64,000 nucleotides of DNA from an uncultured bacterium (GTDB taxonomy: Bacteria > Zixibacteria > MSB-5A5 > CAIYYT01). The notes under the pieces were generated by a model. It did not search any database, was not told the origin of the DNA, and saw only the letters and a list, made by a program, of their open reading frames with translations. Position numbers and translations under genes: made by a program. Below, in pieces: positions 1 through 9,765 of this stretch. Position 1 is the stretch's first letter. Each line of letters begins with the position of its first letter. The DNA lies in NCBI GenBank assembly GCA_963726455.1, contig CAVSCK010000004.1, positions 1,344,001-1,408,000 of the forward strand, given 5' to 3'.

Positions 1-1
1 C

Positions 2-274
2 ATTTTCGGTATCAATGACGACTCCGCGCTCGGCGCGTTGGCGGCGGTTGAGAAGGCAGGCAAAACCGGTCGCATCAAGATCATCGGATTTGACGCTGTA
101 CCTGAAGCCAGAGCCGCGATCAAAGAAGGCAAGATCTACGCTGATGTCATTCAGCAGCCGAAGGAAATCGGCAAGAAGACAATCGAGGCGGTCCGTACTT
201 ACGTGTCCGGCGGACAGGTTTCACCGACTGTTCTGATTCCCTGCGCGCTGTTTACGCAGAAGGACGCGCAATAG
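2..274 (+). CDS. Sugar ABC transporter substrate-binding protein (RbsB-like), 3' fragment
   Basis: Open frame from the window edge: IFGINDDSALGALAAVEKAG...IKIIGFDA..EA..AI..G...ADVIQQPKEIGK. This is the typical C-terminal half of a periplasmic ribose-type binding protein, and it lies directly upstream of the ATPase and permease. Confidence 0.9.
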   Translation: MFGINDDSALGALAAVEKAGKTGRIKIIGFDAVPEARAAIKEGKIYADVIQQPKEIGKKTIEAVRTYVSGGQVSPTVLIPCALFTQKDAQ

Positions 275-296
275 ATCTGATGGGTACCGAGCTTGT

Positions 297-1790
297 ATGA
301 CTTCGCCAAACACTGCCAAACCGATTCTGGAAATGCGGGGGATCCGCAAGGAGTTTCCCGGAGTAGTGGCAGTGAGTTCCGGTTCGTTTGAACTGCGGAC
401 TGGCGAAATACATGCGCTGGTAGGAGAGAACGGCGCCGGCAAGAGCACTCTGATCAAAGTTCTGACAGGAGTTCATCAAACCGACTCCGGCGATATCCTT
501 GTCAACGGCAATCCGGTTTCCATTGCCTCCCCACTGGCGGCTCGTCGTGCCGGGATTGCCGCGATCTATCAGGAGTTCACGCTAATTCCTACACTACCGG
601 TAAGCGCGAATTTGTTTCTCGGACGTGAACAGACACACAAGGGATTCATCGAAGCCGGAACCGAGCGCTCCAAGTCAATGGAGGTCTTTCGGAAACTCGG
701 CGTATCAATCGATCCCGATTCGGAAGTGCGCGACCTCAATGTCGCGCAACAGCAACTGGTCGAGATCGGCCGCGCGCTGGAGACTGACGCCGCGATTCTC
801 GTAATGGACGAACCAACCGCAGCACTGACTCCGAACGAGGTCGACAACTTGTTCACTCTGCTTCGTGATTTGGCGAAAAGAGGTATTGGCATAATCTTCA
901 TCAGCCATCGCCTGGATGAAGTCTTCAACATCGCCGACCGCATCACGGTGATGCGCGACGGACAAACAATCGCTACCGCGGCGACTAAAGATATCAACCG
1001 GCAGCAATTGATTGAGCTCATGGTTGGGCGTTCGCTGGATAAGGAATTTCCGAAAGCTGCAGCGCCCGTCGGAGAGATTCTGCTGGAAGTCCGCAATCTC
1101 TCGGGCGGCAAAGTGCAGGATGTCTCGTTCCATGTCAAACGCGGCGAGGTGCTCGGGATCGCCGGTTTGATGGGCGCCGGACGCACCGAATTGGCGCGCT
1201 TGATATTCGGCGCCGACCGCAAGAAATCGGGCAAAGTTCTGGTTGACGGCGTGGAAGCGGAGATCGATTCACCACGAGAGGCAATCGGACATGGAATTTG
1301 TCTCCTGACCGAAGATCGCAAGTTGCAGGGCTTGATATTGAAAGCCACGGCCAAGGAGAATTTCGCCCTACCGAATCTCAAATCGTGGTCGCGATTGGGA
1401 TTCATCGACACGGCGACGGAATCGCGCCGGTTCGGCGGCCACGTCAAAGATTTGCGCATCCGTATCGCCGGTCCCGATCAGTCAGCCGAGGAACTTTCCG
1501 GCGGCAATCAGCAGAAACTTCTGGTGGCGCGCTGGCTGGAAACAAATTCGCAGGTCATCATTTTCGACGAGCCGACGCGCGGCATCGATGTCGGCGCCAA
1601 GTACGAAATGTATCTGCTCATCAACGATTTGGCCGCTCAGGGTAAGGCGATAATTGTGATATCGTCGGAACTGCCGGAAATCCTCGGCATCAGTGATCGC
1701 ATTCTGGTGATGCGCGAAGGCCAGGTATCGGGAGAAATCACCGACATGGCCAAAGCCGATCAGACCTCCATTATGGCGCTGGCAACTTAG
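297..1790 (+). CDS. Sugar ABC transporter ATP-binding protein (RbsA/MglA family, two ABC domains)
   Basis: Walker A GENGAGKST, MDEPTAAL, ISHRL, second domain with LSGGNQQK and FDEPTRGIDVGAK. Confidence 0.96.
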   Translation: MTSPNTAKPILEMRGIRKEFPGVVAVSSGSFELRTGEIHALVGENGAGKSTLIKVLTGVHQTDSGDILVNGNPVSIASPLAARRAGIAAIYQEFTLIPTLPVSANLFLGREQTHKGFIEAGTERSKSMEVFRKLGVSIDPDSEVRDLNVAQQQLVEIGRALETDAAILVMDEPTAALTPNEVDNLFTLLRDLAKRGIGIIFISHRLDEVFNIADRITVMRDGQTIATAATKDINRQQLIELMVGRSLDKEFPKAAAPVGEILLEVRNLSGGKVQDVSFHVKRGEVLGIAGLMGAGRTELARLIFGADRKKSGKVLVDGVEAEIDSPREAIGHGICLLTEDRKLQGLILKATAKENFALPNLKSWSRLGFIDTATESRRFGGHVKDLRIRIAGPDQSAEELSGGNQQKLLVARWLETNSQVIIFDEPTRGIDVGAKYEMYLLINDLAAQGKAIIVISSELPEILGISDRILVMREGQVSGEITDMAKADQTSIMALAT

Positions 1791-1808
1791 CGCAGCAGCG
1801 TGGCACCG

Positions 1809-3173
1809 ATGAGTACATCTCAGAACAGCAGATCAAGACTGGCACTGACCCGACTGCTGCGCGATTATGGCATGCTGATCGTGCTGCTATTACTCTGCCT
1901 GCTCTTCTCGATTCTCACCATCAGCGAACAACACCCAACCGGCGCAACGGCGGCGAATAAAGTGGCAGGCGAATTGCGCAAGAGTGCCGCGCTTGATCAG
2001 GGAATCATGATTGTCGGTCGCACCAGCAATGAGGATAGCGCCTTTGCTCATGCTCTCACAATCGAATTAGAGTCGCAGGGAGCAGCCAATGTCGTCACGA
2101 TTCTGGGTGATCCTGCGACGATTAAGACAGAGATTGAGCAACTTGCCGATTCAGGCAGGACATTTGGAAGTATCGTAACGACCGAATCGTTCGCGCCGAT
2201 CGTTGAGAATATCAAATCACAGATTCCCGGCTTGTCAGCTACGCGCGTTGTCGTGCCTCCCTCCTATCGTTGGCCGACATTCCTGCTGGCCGACAATGTC
2301 CGCAACGTCGCCAATCAGATCACGGTCATTGCGATCATTGCCATCGGGATGACGATGGTGATTATCACGGCCGGGATTGATTTATCCGTTGGAAGTCTGG
2401 TCGCGCTGTCGGCGGTGCTGGTGGCCTGGCTGATCGGGCAACTTGGCGGAGCCATCGCGTCACCGTTCGCAATGATAATCGCCTCAATCGGAGCGATACT
2501 CTTGTGCGGAGCTACCGGCGCATTCAGCGGCCTGATGATCACGCGCTTTCGCATTCCGCCGTTTATCGCGACTCTCGCAATGATGCAGGTCGCCGCAGGC
2601 GTGGCTTACATCATATCCCAGGGAAAACCGATCTATCAGATTCCCGACAGCTTCATCCTGCTGGGGCGTGGAGTCGATCCGTTTCTGAGGATTCCTTACG
2701 CCGTGATGTTGATGCTGGTACTCTATATCCTGGCGCATATCCTCATGACGCGCACTACGACCGGCCGCTACATCTATGCCGTCGGCGGCAACATGGAAGC
2801 CGCGCGCCTCGCCGGAATACGAGTCTCGTTGATTTTGTTCTTTGCCTACACGCTGTGCGGAATGCTCGCCGGCCTCGGAGGCGTAGTCATGGCATCACAA
2901 CTCAAGAGCGGTGCACCGACCTATGGATTAACCTACGAACTTTATGTAATTGCGGCGGTCGTCGTCGGTGGCACCAGTTTGTCAGGCGGCGAAGGCAAAA
3001 TATTCGGCACGCTCATCGGCGCGTTCATAATCGCGGTGATCCAAAACGGAATGAATTTGACCAATGTCGAAAGCTACACGCAGAAAGTCGTGCTGGGTCT
3101 GGTGATCCTTGGCGCCGTCTTGCTTGATCGGCTGAAGCAACAGGGATTTCGAATGCGAAAGTTCGGGTTCTAA
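1809..3173 (+). CDS. Sugar ABC transporter permease (RbsC family) with an inserted soluble domain
   Basis: GMTMVIITAGIDLSVGS, GRYIYAVGGN.EAARLAGI and YELYVIAAVVVGGTSLSGGEG motifs. About 120 extra hydrophilic residues follow TM1. Start is 1800 (GTG) or 1809 (ATG). Confidence 0.92.
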   Translation: MSTSQNSRSRLALTRLLRDYGMLIVLLLLCLLFSILTISEQHPTGATAANKVAGELRKSAALDQGIMIVGRTSNEDSAFAHALTIELESQGAANVVTILGDPATIKTEIEQLADSGRTFGSIVTTESFAPIVENIKSQIPGLSATRVVVPPSYRWPTFLLADNVRNVANQITVIAIIAIGMTMVIITAGIDLSVGSLVALSAVLVAWLIGQLGGAIASPFAMIIASIGAILLCGATGAFSGLMITRFRIPPFIATLAMMQVAAGVAYIISQGKPIYQIPDSFILLGRGVDPFLRIPYAVMLMLVLYILAHILMTRTTTGRYIYAVGGNMEAARLAGIRVSLILFFAYTLCGMLAGLGGVVMASQLKSGAPTYGLTYELYVIAAVVVGGTSLSGGEGKIFGTLIGAFIIAVIQNGMNLTNVESYTQKVVLGLVILGAVLLDRLKQQGFRMRKFGF

Positions 3174-3229
3174 TGGAATATTTGCAGGCGGCGCGATAAC
3201 GCCGCAGTTGGAGAACAGAGGGATTGAGT

Positions 3230-4675
3230 ATGAGAAAAGCCATAACGATTTTGGTGAGTTTGTTTCTGATCGCGCTGGCGTCAGCAGCGGCGCAATCGTC
3301 GCCGGATGCCGCCGGCCAGAAGAAGCGCAACCTGTATGTCGTCGGCGTGTCGCATCTGGACACGCAATGGCGCTGGACGATTCAAAACACGATCAATGAA
3401 TATGTGCCCGCCACTTTCCGCGACAACTTCAAGTTGATGCAACAGTATCCCAACTATGTGTTCAGCTTTGAGGGCGCATTCAAATACATGCTTTTCAAGG
3501 AATACTATCCTGACGAGTATCTGAAACTCAAACCGTTCGTGGCTTCCGGTCAGTGGCGCCTTGCCGGCAGTTGGGTGGATGCCGTCGATGTCAACATGCC
3601 GTCCTTCGAATCGCTCGTGCGGCAAGTGCTGTACGGCAACGGATATTTCAAAAAGGAATTCGGCAAGACCAGCCGCGATGTGCTGCTTCCCGATTGCTTT
3701 GGATTCGGTTATGCTTTGCCGTCGATTGCCGCGCATTGCGGTTTGAAAAGCTTTTCGACGCAAAAGCTCAGTTGGGGTTCGTCAGTCGGTGTGCCGTTCG
3801 ATATCGGCGTCTGGGAAGGTGTCGACGGCTCGACATTGGTATCCGCGTTGAATCCGGGCGCCTATGTCACACAGATTGAAAGCGATCTCAGTCGCGATAC
3901 GGCCTGGTTGCGCACCATCGACCATCAGGGTGACACGTCTGGATTGTATGCTGGCTACATGTACTTCGGCACCGGCGACACCGGCGGCTCACCCGATTCG
4001 GCGTCGGTGGCGTGGCTGGACAAATCACTCAAGAGCGACGGCCCGATTTCTGTGCACAGCATCGGCTCGGATGATCTGGTGGACATTGTCAACGCCCAAA
4101 AGGACACCCATCTTCCGCGCTACAAAGGCGAGTTGCTGATGACCCGTCACGGCGTTGGTTGTTACACATCGCAGGCAGCCATGAAACGCTGGAACCGTAA
4201 GAACGAGTTGCTGGCCGATGCCACCGAAAGGGCTTCGGTGATTGCGTCGGCGTTGGGCGGCCTGACCTACCCGCGCGACCAGATTAAGGACACCTGGGTG
4301 AGATTCCTCTGGCACCAATTCCACGACGATCTGACCGGCACAAGTATCCCGGAGGCCTATCAGTTTTCGTGGAATGACGAAATCCTCTGTCAAAACCGAT
4401 TCACCGGAATGTTGGAGAATGCCGTCGAAGCCACAACACCCGTGCTGGACACACGTGTCAAGGGCGTGCCGTTAGTCGTATTTAACCCGCTGGCGATCGA
4501 ACGTGAGGATGTAGTTGAGGCCACGGTGATTTTCCCCGACAAAGTTCCCAGCTGCCATTCGAGTGTATGGCCCGGACGGCAAGGAAGTTCCCTCGCAACT
4601 CGGCACGAAATATGGCGACAGCGTCACGGTTGTGTTCCTCGCCAAAGTGCCCTCAGTCGGGTATGCCGTGTATGA
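3230..4675 (+). CDS. Secreted GH38 alpha-mannosidase, N-terminal part (frameshifted near 4548, continues in 4563..7217)
   Basis: Signal peptide; GH38 motifs SHLDTQWRW, LLPDCFGF (nucleophile region), HGVGCYTSQ and WHQFHDDLTGTSI. Confidence 0.9.
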   Translation: MRKAITILVSLFLIALASAAAQSSPDAAGQKKRNLYVVGVSHLDTQWRWTIQNTINEYVPATFRDNFKLMQQYPNYVFSFEGAFKYMLFKEYYPDEYLKLKPFVASGQWRLAGSWVDAVDVNMPSFESLVRQVLYGNGYFKKEFGKTSRDVLLPDCFGFGYALPSIAAHCGLKSFSTQKLSWGSSVGVPFDIGVWEGVDGSTLVSALNPGAYVTQIESDLSRDTAWLRTIDHQGDTSGLYAGYMYFGTGDTGGSPDSASVAWLDKSLKSDGPISVHSIGSDDLVDIVNAQKDTHLPRYKGELLMTRHGVGCYTSQAAMKRWNRKNELLADATERASVIASALGGLTYPRDQIKDTWVRFLWHQFHDDLTGTSIPEAYQFSWNDEILCQNRFTGMLENAVEATTPVLDTRVKGVPLVVFNPLAIEREDVVEATVIFPDKVPSCHSSVWPGRQGSSLATRHEIWRQRHGCVPRQSALSRVCRV

Positions 4676-7217
4676 CGTGCGCGCAGAGAAATCTGCTTCC
4701 ACACAGAAGACTGACCTTGCAGCTACAACCTCTTCATTGGAAAATTCGAAATATGTTGTGAAGCTGAACGACGCCGGTGATGTCGCATCTATCTTCGACA
4801 AGATAAACAATCGCGAATTGCTAACGGCGCCCATCCAGCTTCAGTTATTGCACGATAAACCCAAACAGTGGCCGGCGTGGGAAATCCAATACGACGATAT
4901 TGTTGCGGCTCCACAAGCGACTGTCGGCGGCAAGGCAGAAATTACAGTGGTTGAAAACGGACCGGCGCGTGTCGCTCTGGAAGTTGTTCGGCGCACAGAC
5001 AAGTCAACCTTCCGTACACTGATCCGCCTGTCGTCCGGAGGCGATCGAATCGAATTCGTCAATGAAATCTACTGGTATGAACGCGAGACGCTTCTGAAGG
5101 CGGCGTTCCCACTCGCAACCGCAAATGAAAGTGTCACCTACGACATCGGCCTGGGAACGATTGAGCGCGGCCTTAACACGCCCAAGAAATATGAAGTTCC
5201 GGCACAGCAGTGGGCCGACATGACCTCACCGGGCGGCGACTACGGTGTGGCAATCATGAACGACTGCAAGTACGGCTGGGATCATCCGGACAAAGGAACG
5301 CTGCGGCTGTCGCTCATTCACACGCCCGGCGTTTACGATAGCTGGCAGTGGGTCGGTGACCAGCGGTCGCAGGACGAAGGCCACCACGAATTCACCTATG
5401 CCTTGCAAGGCCACAGCGGCGATTGGCGCCAAGGTGCGGTGGTCTGGCAGGCGGCACGTCTTAATCAGCCGCTCATCGCGTTTCAGGCTCCGAAACACAA
5501 AGGCACACTGGGCAAAGAGTATTCGCTGCTGTCCGTGACAACCGGAGGACGCGAAGGAAAATCGGCGTCATCGCCGACGAATCCGGAAGTCATGGTCACC
5601 GCCGTCAAAATGAGCGAGACAGACAATGACGAAGTTGTGATTCGGATGCGCGAGTTGAATGGCAAGTCTGTCGCCAACGTGCAGGTACGTTTCGACAAAC
5701 CCATCGTTTCCGCTCGCGAGCTGAATGGTGCTGAGGAACCATTGGGAGAAGCGCAGGTCACGGCAGGCGCGTTGGTAACAATGATGAAACCATACGAGCC
5801 GAAGACGTTCGCCGTCAAAATTGGCAAACCCGACAAGATCAGGACATCGCCGACCTATTCGCCGCTGCAACTTCTTTACAACAGCGACGGCATCAGCACC
5901 GACTCCGATCGTCGTGACGGCAATATCGATGGCGCCGGAAACAGCATTGCAGGTGAGCTGCTTGCCGACACGGTCATCTGGCAGAATGTTCCGTTCGTGA
6001 TGGGACCCAAGGCAGTCGGCGCCGGCAATGTTGTGATTTGCGGCGGACAGAAGCTGGAAATTGACGCCGGTCCTGAGCGTCGTTTGTATGTTCTGGCGAC
6101 CGCGGTGGGTGGACCCGCAGAAGGAACATTCACCATAGGTGACCGCAGATCAACAGTCTGGGTGCAGGACTACGCGGAACGATTGGGACAGTGGAACAAT
6201 CGACTGAATAGCGGCGCGCTCCTGGAAGAATCGGATCGGATCGCACCCGCTTATATCAATCGCGAACCGATTGGCTGGGTGAGCACTCATCGCCACACCG
6301 GCAAGGGCGAAAATGAGGCGTATCAATTCACGTATCTCTATCTGCTGCGCTTCGAAGTTCCGCAGAGAGTGACCTCAATCACACTGCCTGATAACCCGCG
6401 CCTAAAGATTTTCGCAGCGACGCTGGCAACAGCGGAATTTGACGACATTCGGGCGGCACAGCCGATGTATGATATATCTAACGCCGCCGTATCAAACATT
6501 ATTGCCGAGCGCACGGCATTCATGGACAATACGACTGCGCAAATTAGCTGTCCTTATCCGGGCGCCGAGATTCATTACACGATCGACGACACAGAACCGT
6601 CCGCGAGTTCGCCACGTTACACGCAGCCGCTGACTATTTCGCACACGACGACGTTGAAAGCGCGCGCACTGCTGGCGAGTGTCGATGATCATTACGTCTC
6701 GCAGGTGACATTCACCAAGCTCATTCCGAAAGAACCGGTCAAAGTCGCCAAACTCATATCAGGTCTCGACGGCAACTACTATGAAGGCGCCTGGTCGAAA
6801 CTGCCAAACTTCGATTCACTGAAAGCGAAAAAGCAATTCGTGATGGATACCATAGGCATTCCGTCATTTGCACAGAAAGAGGATTTCGGGCTGGTCATCA
6901 CCGGCTACGTGCAAGTTCCGCGCGACGGCATGTACGAGTTTGCGATTAGTTCTGACGACGGCAGCACGCTTACAATATCCGATTCACTTCTGGTCGACAA
7001 CGACGGATTGCATGGCTCAGGAGAAGTCGCCGGCGCACTGGCACTCAAGGCGGGCCTGCATCCGATCAAAGTTCGCATGTTTCAGGCCAAAGGCGGCGAG
7101 GATTTGCGCGTCTGGATTTCCGGACCCGGTGTCGAGAAGCAACTGATACCAAGAGAAATGCTCTATCACATAACTACTACAAGAAGCGCCGCTAGAGGTG
7201 TCGGATCAAAGCACTAA
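4563..7217 (+). CDS. GH38 alpha-mannosidase, C-terminal part: GH38 C-terminal beta domains, chitobiase/FN3-like domain and PA14 domain
   Basis: YEVPAQQWADM, NDCKYG and LRLSLI (GH38 C-terminus); IHYTIDDTEPS (chitobiase-C/FN3-like); F.ISSDDGS.L...LVDNDGLHG (PA14). Removing one C from GTTCCCAGCT at ~4548 joins the two ORFs as ...DKVPAAIRVYGPDGK... Confidence 0.88.
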   Translation: MYGPDGKEVPSQLGTKYGDSVTVVFLAKVPSVGYAVYDVRAEKSASTQKTDLAATTSSLENSKYVVKLNDAGDVASIFDKINNRELLTAPIQLQLLHDKPKQWPAWEIQYDDIVAAPQATVGGKAEITVVENGPARVALEVVRRTDKSTFRTLIRLSSGGDRIEFVNEIYWYERETLLKAAFPLATANESVTYDIGLGTIERGLNTPKKYEVPAQQWADMTSPGGDYGVAIMNDCKYGWDHPDKGTLRLSLIHTPGVYDSWQWVGDQRSQDEGHHEFTYALQGHSGDWRQGAVVWQAARLNQPLIAFQAPKHKGTLGKEYSLLSVTTGGREGKSASSPTNPEVMVTAVKMSETDNDEVVIRMRELNGKSVANVQVRFDKPIVSARELNGAEEPLGEAQVTAGALVTMMKPYEPKTFAVKIGKPDKIRTSPTYSPLQLLYNSDGISTDSDRRDGNIDGAGNSIAGELLADTVIWQNVPFVMGPKAVGAGNVVICGGQKLEIDAGPERRLYVLATAVGGPAEGTFTIGDRRSTVWVQDYAERLGQWNNRLNSGALLEESDRIAPAYINREPIGWVSTHRHTGKGENEAYQFTYLYLLRFEVPQRVTSITLPDNPRLKIFAATLATAEFDDIRAAQPMYDISNAAVSNIIAERTAFMDNTTAQISCPYPGAEIHYTIDDTEPSASSPRYTQPLTISHTTTLKARALLASVDDHYVSQVTFTKLIPKEPVKVAKLISGLDGNYYEGAWSKLPNFDSLKAKKQFVMDTIGIPSFAQKEDFGLVITGYVQVPRDGMYEFAISSDDGSTLTISDSLLVDNDGLHGSGEVAGALALKAGLHPIKVRMFQAKGGEDLRVWISGPGVEKQLIPREMLYHITTTRSAARGVGSKH

Positions 7218-7238
7218 GACGATCTTGAGATGTAGAGT

Positions 7239-7622
7239 ATGGCGACTGAGAAATCGTTCACGGATCGTGTGAAGTCAATCCTCAAAAAGATTCCCCGTGG
7301 CAAGGTGGCGAGCTATGGTCAGGTCGCCGCGTTAGCCGGCAGCCCACGCGGTGCCCGTCAAGTGGTCTGGATATTGCATTCATCAACGGACAAAGATCGC
7401 CTGCCCTGGCAGCGGGTGATTAACAGCAAAGGCCGTATCGGACTGCCGCACGGCGACGGCTACGAGTTGCAGAAATCAATGCTCGAAAGCGAAGGAGTGG
7501 CGTTCGGTCGCGACGACGTGATTGATTTCGCCAGGTTCGGTTGGCGGCCCAAATCTCCGACTAGGACTAATGCGAAAGCGAATCACCGAGCGCACGAATC
7601 CAAATCTCGCGGACGCCGTTAA
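7239..7622 (+). CDS. Alkyltransferase-like protein (ATL/YbaZ, MGMT family)
   Basis: IPRGKVASYGQVA..AGSPRGARQV; PWQRV in place of the catalytic PCHRV; Q..LE.EGV.F. Confidence 0.88.
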   Translation: MATEKSFTDRVKSILKKIPRGKVASYGQVAALAGSPRGARQVVWILHSSTDKDRLPWQRVINSKGRIGLPHGDGYELQKSMLESEGVAFGRDDVIDFARFGWRPKSPTRTNAKANHRAHESKSRGRR

Positions 7623-8208
7623 CTTTCTCCAAGAACTCGACAATCTCCGAACCGTGCACCAGACGCTGGATTTCCGCGTCGGAAAAGAATCTCCAGATCT
7701 TTCTCAACTGATCGCCCTTGGTGTAATATCGAGCGCCGTCGGGAAGAACCTCGTATCGATCGGTTGGCTCATCCTCCTCGCCGTCGAATGTGAGATAGAC
7801 CACGCCCCCGTCCTTTACCACTCGGACTATCTCCCGCATGGTCTTGGTCGCATCGGCCACTGTCATGTGATCAAGCACGGAGTTGCAGATGATGGCATCG
7901 AAGCTGCTGGTCGCGAACGGTAGAAACTGGGATGAACAAACCGTAGTCTCGATTTCAAGTTTGAGTGATGCGGCCAGACTCCGAAGCCGCTTGATTGCTA
8001 CTTCAGAAATATCTGCTGAATGTACTCGAAAACCGGCCTGCGCAAGTGGGATACTCCATCGACCATAACCACAGCCCAGGTCGAGCAGATCGCCCACTCT
8101 GAACTGTTGGAGACGGAGTATGATCGGGTCAAGACGTGCGTTGGAAACCGGATGGAAGTCTGTGAGACTGCAAAAACAACGATCCCAAAATACGCGCGTT
8201 TCGTTCAT
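7567..8208 (-). CDS. Class I SAM-dependent methyltransferase
   Basis: LLDLGCGYGR, ADIS, LPFATSSFDAI and RVVKDGG motifs. Confidence 0.85.
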   Translation of the reverse strand: MNETRVFWDRCFCSLTDFHPVSNARLDPIILRLQQFRVGDLLDLGCGYGRWSIPLAQAGFRVHSADISEVAIKRLRSLAASLKLEIETTVCSSQFLPFATSSFDAIICNSVLDHMTVADATKTMREIVRVVKDGGVVYLTFDGEEDEPTDRYEVLPDGARYYTKGDQLRKIWRFFSDAEIQRLVHGSEIVEFLEKVNGVREIWIRALGDSLSH

Positions 8209-8223
8209 GGAGATTTGCTTCTG

Positions 8224-8571
8224 TTAATACGCCCCGCGCTCGGGCACGATGCAGATGAACTCGAATTCCTCGGCATAGGGATTTCGGAATTGATGCATTG
8301 TATTTGGCGGCACCAGCGCAAAATCACCGGCGGCCACTTCGGTCACTTCGTCCCCTATTGTCAGAGTCCCCTTGCCCTTCATTATGTAGTTGACATGTTT
8401 CCAATCGTGCTGATGATGCGGCGTAAAGCCACCCGGCGCAATGCGGAACACGCGCAGCATGTGCGATTTCCAGCCCTGGCTCGGACCGATAATATTGGCC
8501 TTGCGCGCGCCTGACACGCCTTCCATATTGACAGGTAGTAACGTAATTTCATCATGTTTGAACAGCGGCAT
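8224..8571 (-). CDS. Cupin domain protein
   Basis: PGGFTPHHQHDWKHVNYIMKGKG and GDFALVPPNTMHQFRN cupin motifs. Confidence 0.88.
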   Translation of the reverse strand: MPLFKHDEITLLPVNMEGVSGARKANIIGPSQGWKSHMLRVFRIAPGGFTPHHQHDWKHVNYIMKGKGTLTIGDEVTEVAAGDFALVPPNTMHQFRNPYAEEFEFICIVPERGAY

Positions 8572-8790
8572 AGTGTCCTCTCAGATTGGGTCGTTTGTCC
8601 TTAGAGATAATTATACGACGATCCGGCGGGAGGCACCAGGCCAAAGAATAATTGCCGGAAAACTAAGTTTGAAGCTGGTTATCTGGTCTCTCTAAATGGA
8701 TAGCCGGTAAACACGAAAACGGGGCGCAGGAACAATCAGCTCGAGCACCAACTATATGGCAATCAAAGGGAATGAGAATTTGCAGCGAAC

Positions 8791-8806
8791 CGGCACGTTC
8801 CATGCA
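8791..8806 (+). promoter_or_regulatory. Putative sigma54 (-24/-12) promoter
   Basis: CGGCACGTTCCATGCA has GG-N10-GC spacing with the GGCACG core and sits ~50 bp upstream of the ATG at 8857. Confidence 0.55.
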
Positions 8807-8856
8807 ACTCTTCCTGACTGGCAATGCTCATAGAACATAATCTCGAGGAATCACCC

Positions 8857-9720
8857 ATGTCGAAGACCAAAGTCGTTCTGATGATGACAGCCCTGATAGC
8901 GGCTATCATAGTTGAGTTGCCACAGCCGGCAGGGGCGCAAATTAGCTGGCTGCGACCGGAAAAAGACAAGACGGTCACGCTGCAAATGCTCCACGTCGCC
9001 TTGAACGGGGATTCATACATTGCGTTTCCGTCGTCATTGCTGTTCTTGTCCGGCCGATTCCCGATGGGCGAGAACCTGCACTTCGTAGCCGAATTCCCAA
9101 TGTCATACGTCAACTACGATCATGACTATTTCGACTGGTACTCTCAACGCAAAATCAGTTCACAGACTCTACTGGGAAACCCTTATCTCGGGGTAGAGAC
9201 AAGTAAGCCGGGATCGACTGCTATTTTCAAACTCGGAGGCCGAATCCCGATCGCGTCGAAGGAAAAAGATGACGCTGCCGCTTTGGGAGTATTAGGCGCA
9301 TTCGATCGCGCTGAAGGATTTGGTCCGGATATTTTCTCCGCGACAATGCAAGCCGGTTACCGATATGACAGTGAATCCGGATACACTCTGAAAGGTCTGA
9401 TCGGCCCGACACTTCTGGTAAGTACCGCGTCCGGGCAAGATCACTCATCCGAGGTATGGGCTGATTATCAGGGAGAAGTCAGATTGCACGGAAGCCGGCT
9501 CACTGCCGGCATAGGACTGACTGGACGATATCTGCTGTCCGCCGAGCATGTCGGTGATATGACATTCGGAGAACGCATTGTCAACCAGGTCGGATTCGCA
9601 ATGACGGTCGACGCCGGGCGGATCGAACCGGGAGTTCACGTCCAGGTGCCGCTTGATGAAGATTTGAATGACGCGGTGCAAGTAGTTTACGGACTGGTTC
9701 TGACAGTCAAATTGGATTGA
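8857..9720 (+). CDS. Hypothetical outer-membrane beta-barrel-like protein
   Basis: GAGGA RBS before the ATG at 8857, signal peptide ending AGA-Q, alternating amphipathic beta strands, GNPYLG segment and C-terminal strand YGLVLTVKL. Confidence 0.65.
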   Translation: MSKTKVVLMMTALIAAIIVELPQPAGAQISWLRPEKDKTVTLQMLHVALNGDSYIAFPSSLLFLSGRFPMGENLHFVAEFPMSYVNYDHDYFDWYSQRKISSQTLLGNPYLGVETSKPGSTAIFKLGGRIPIASKEKDDAAALGVLGAFDRAEGFGPDIFSATMQAGYRYDSESGYTLKGLIGPTLLVSTASGQDHSSEVWADYQGEVRLHGSRLTAGIGLTGRYLLSAEHVGDMTFGERIVNQVGFAMTVDAGRIEPGVHVQVPLDEDLNDAVQVVYGLVLTVKLD

Positions 9721-9765
9721 CCTTTGAACTGAGGACGGAGGATTTCCGAGCCGTCGGAGGGGCTT

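Noticed and set aside
4540-4565. Programmed frameshift or pseudogene in GH38
   Set aside because: A single extra C in a short C run with no slippery heptamer, and both halves are intact. Similar one-base indels at ~28678, ~28936 and ~40524 point to sequencing error.
7567-7622. 56-bp 3' overlap of ATL and methyltransferase as antisense regulation
   Set aside because: Short convergent tail overlaps are common, and only a non-conserved basic tail is involved.
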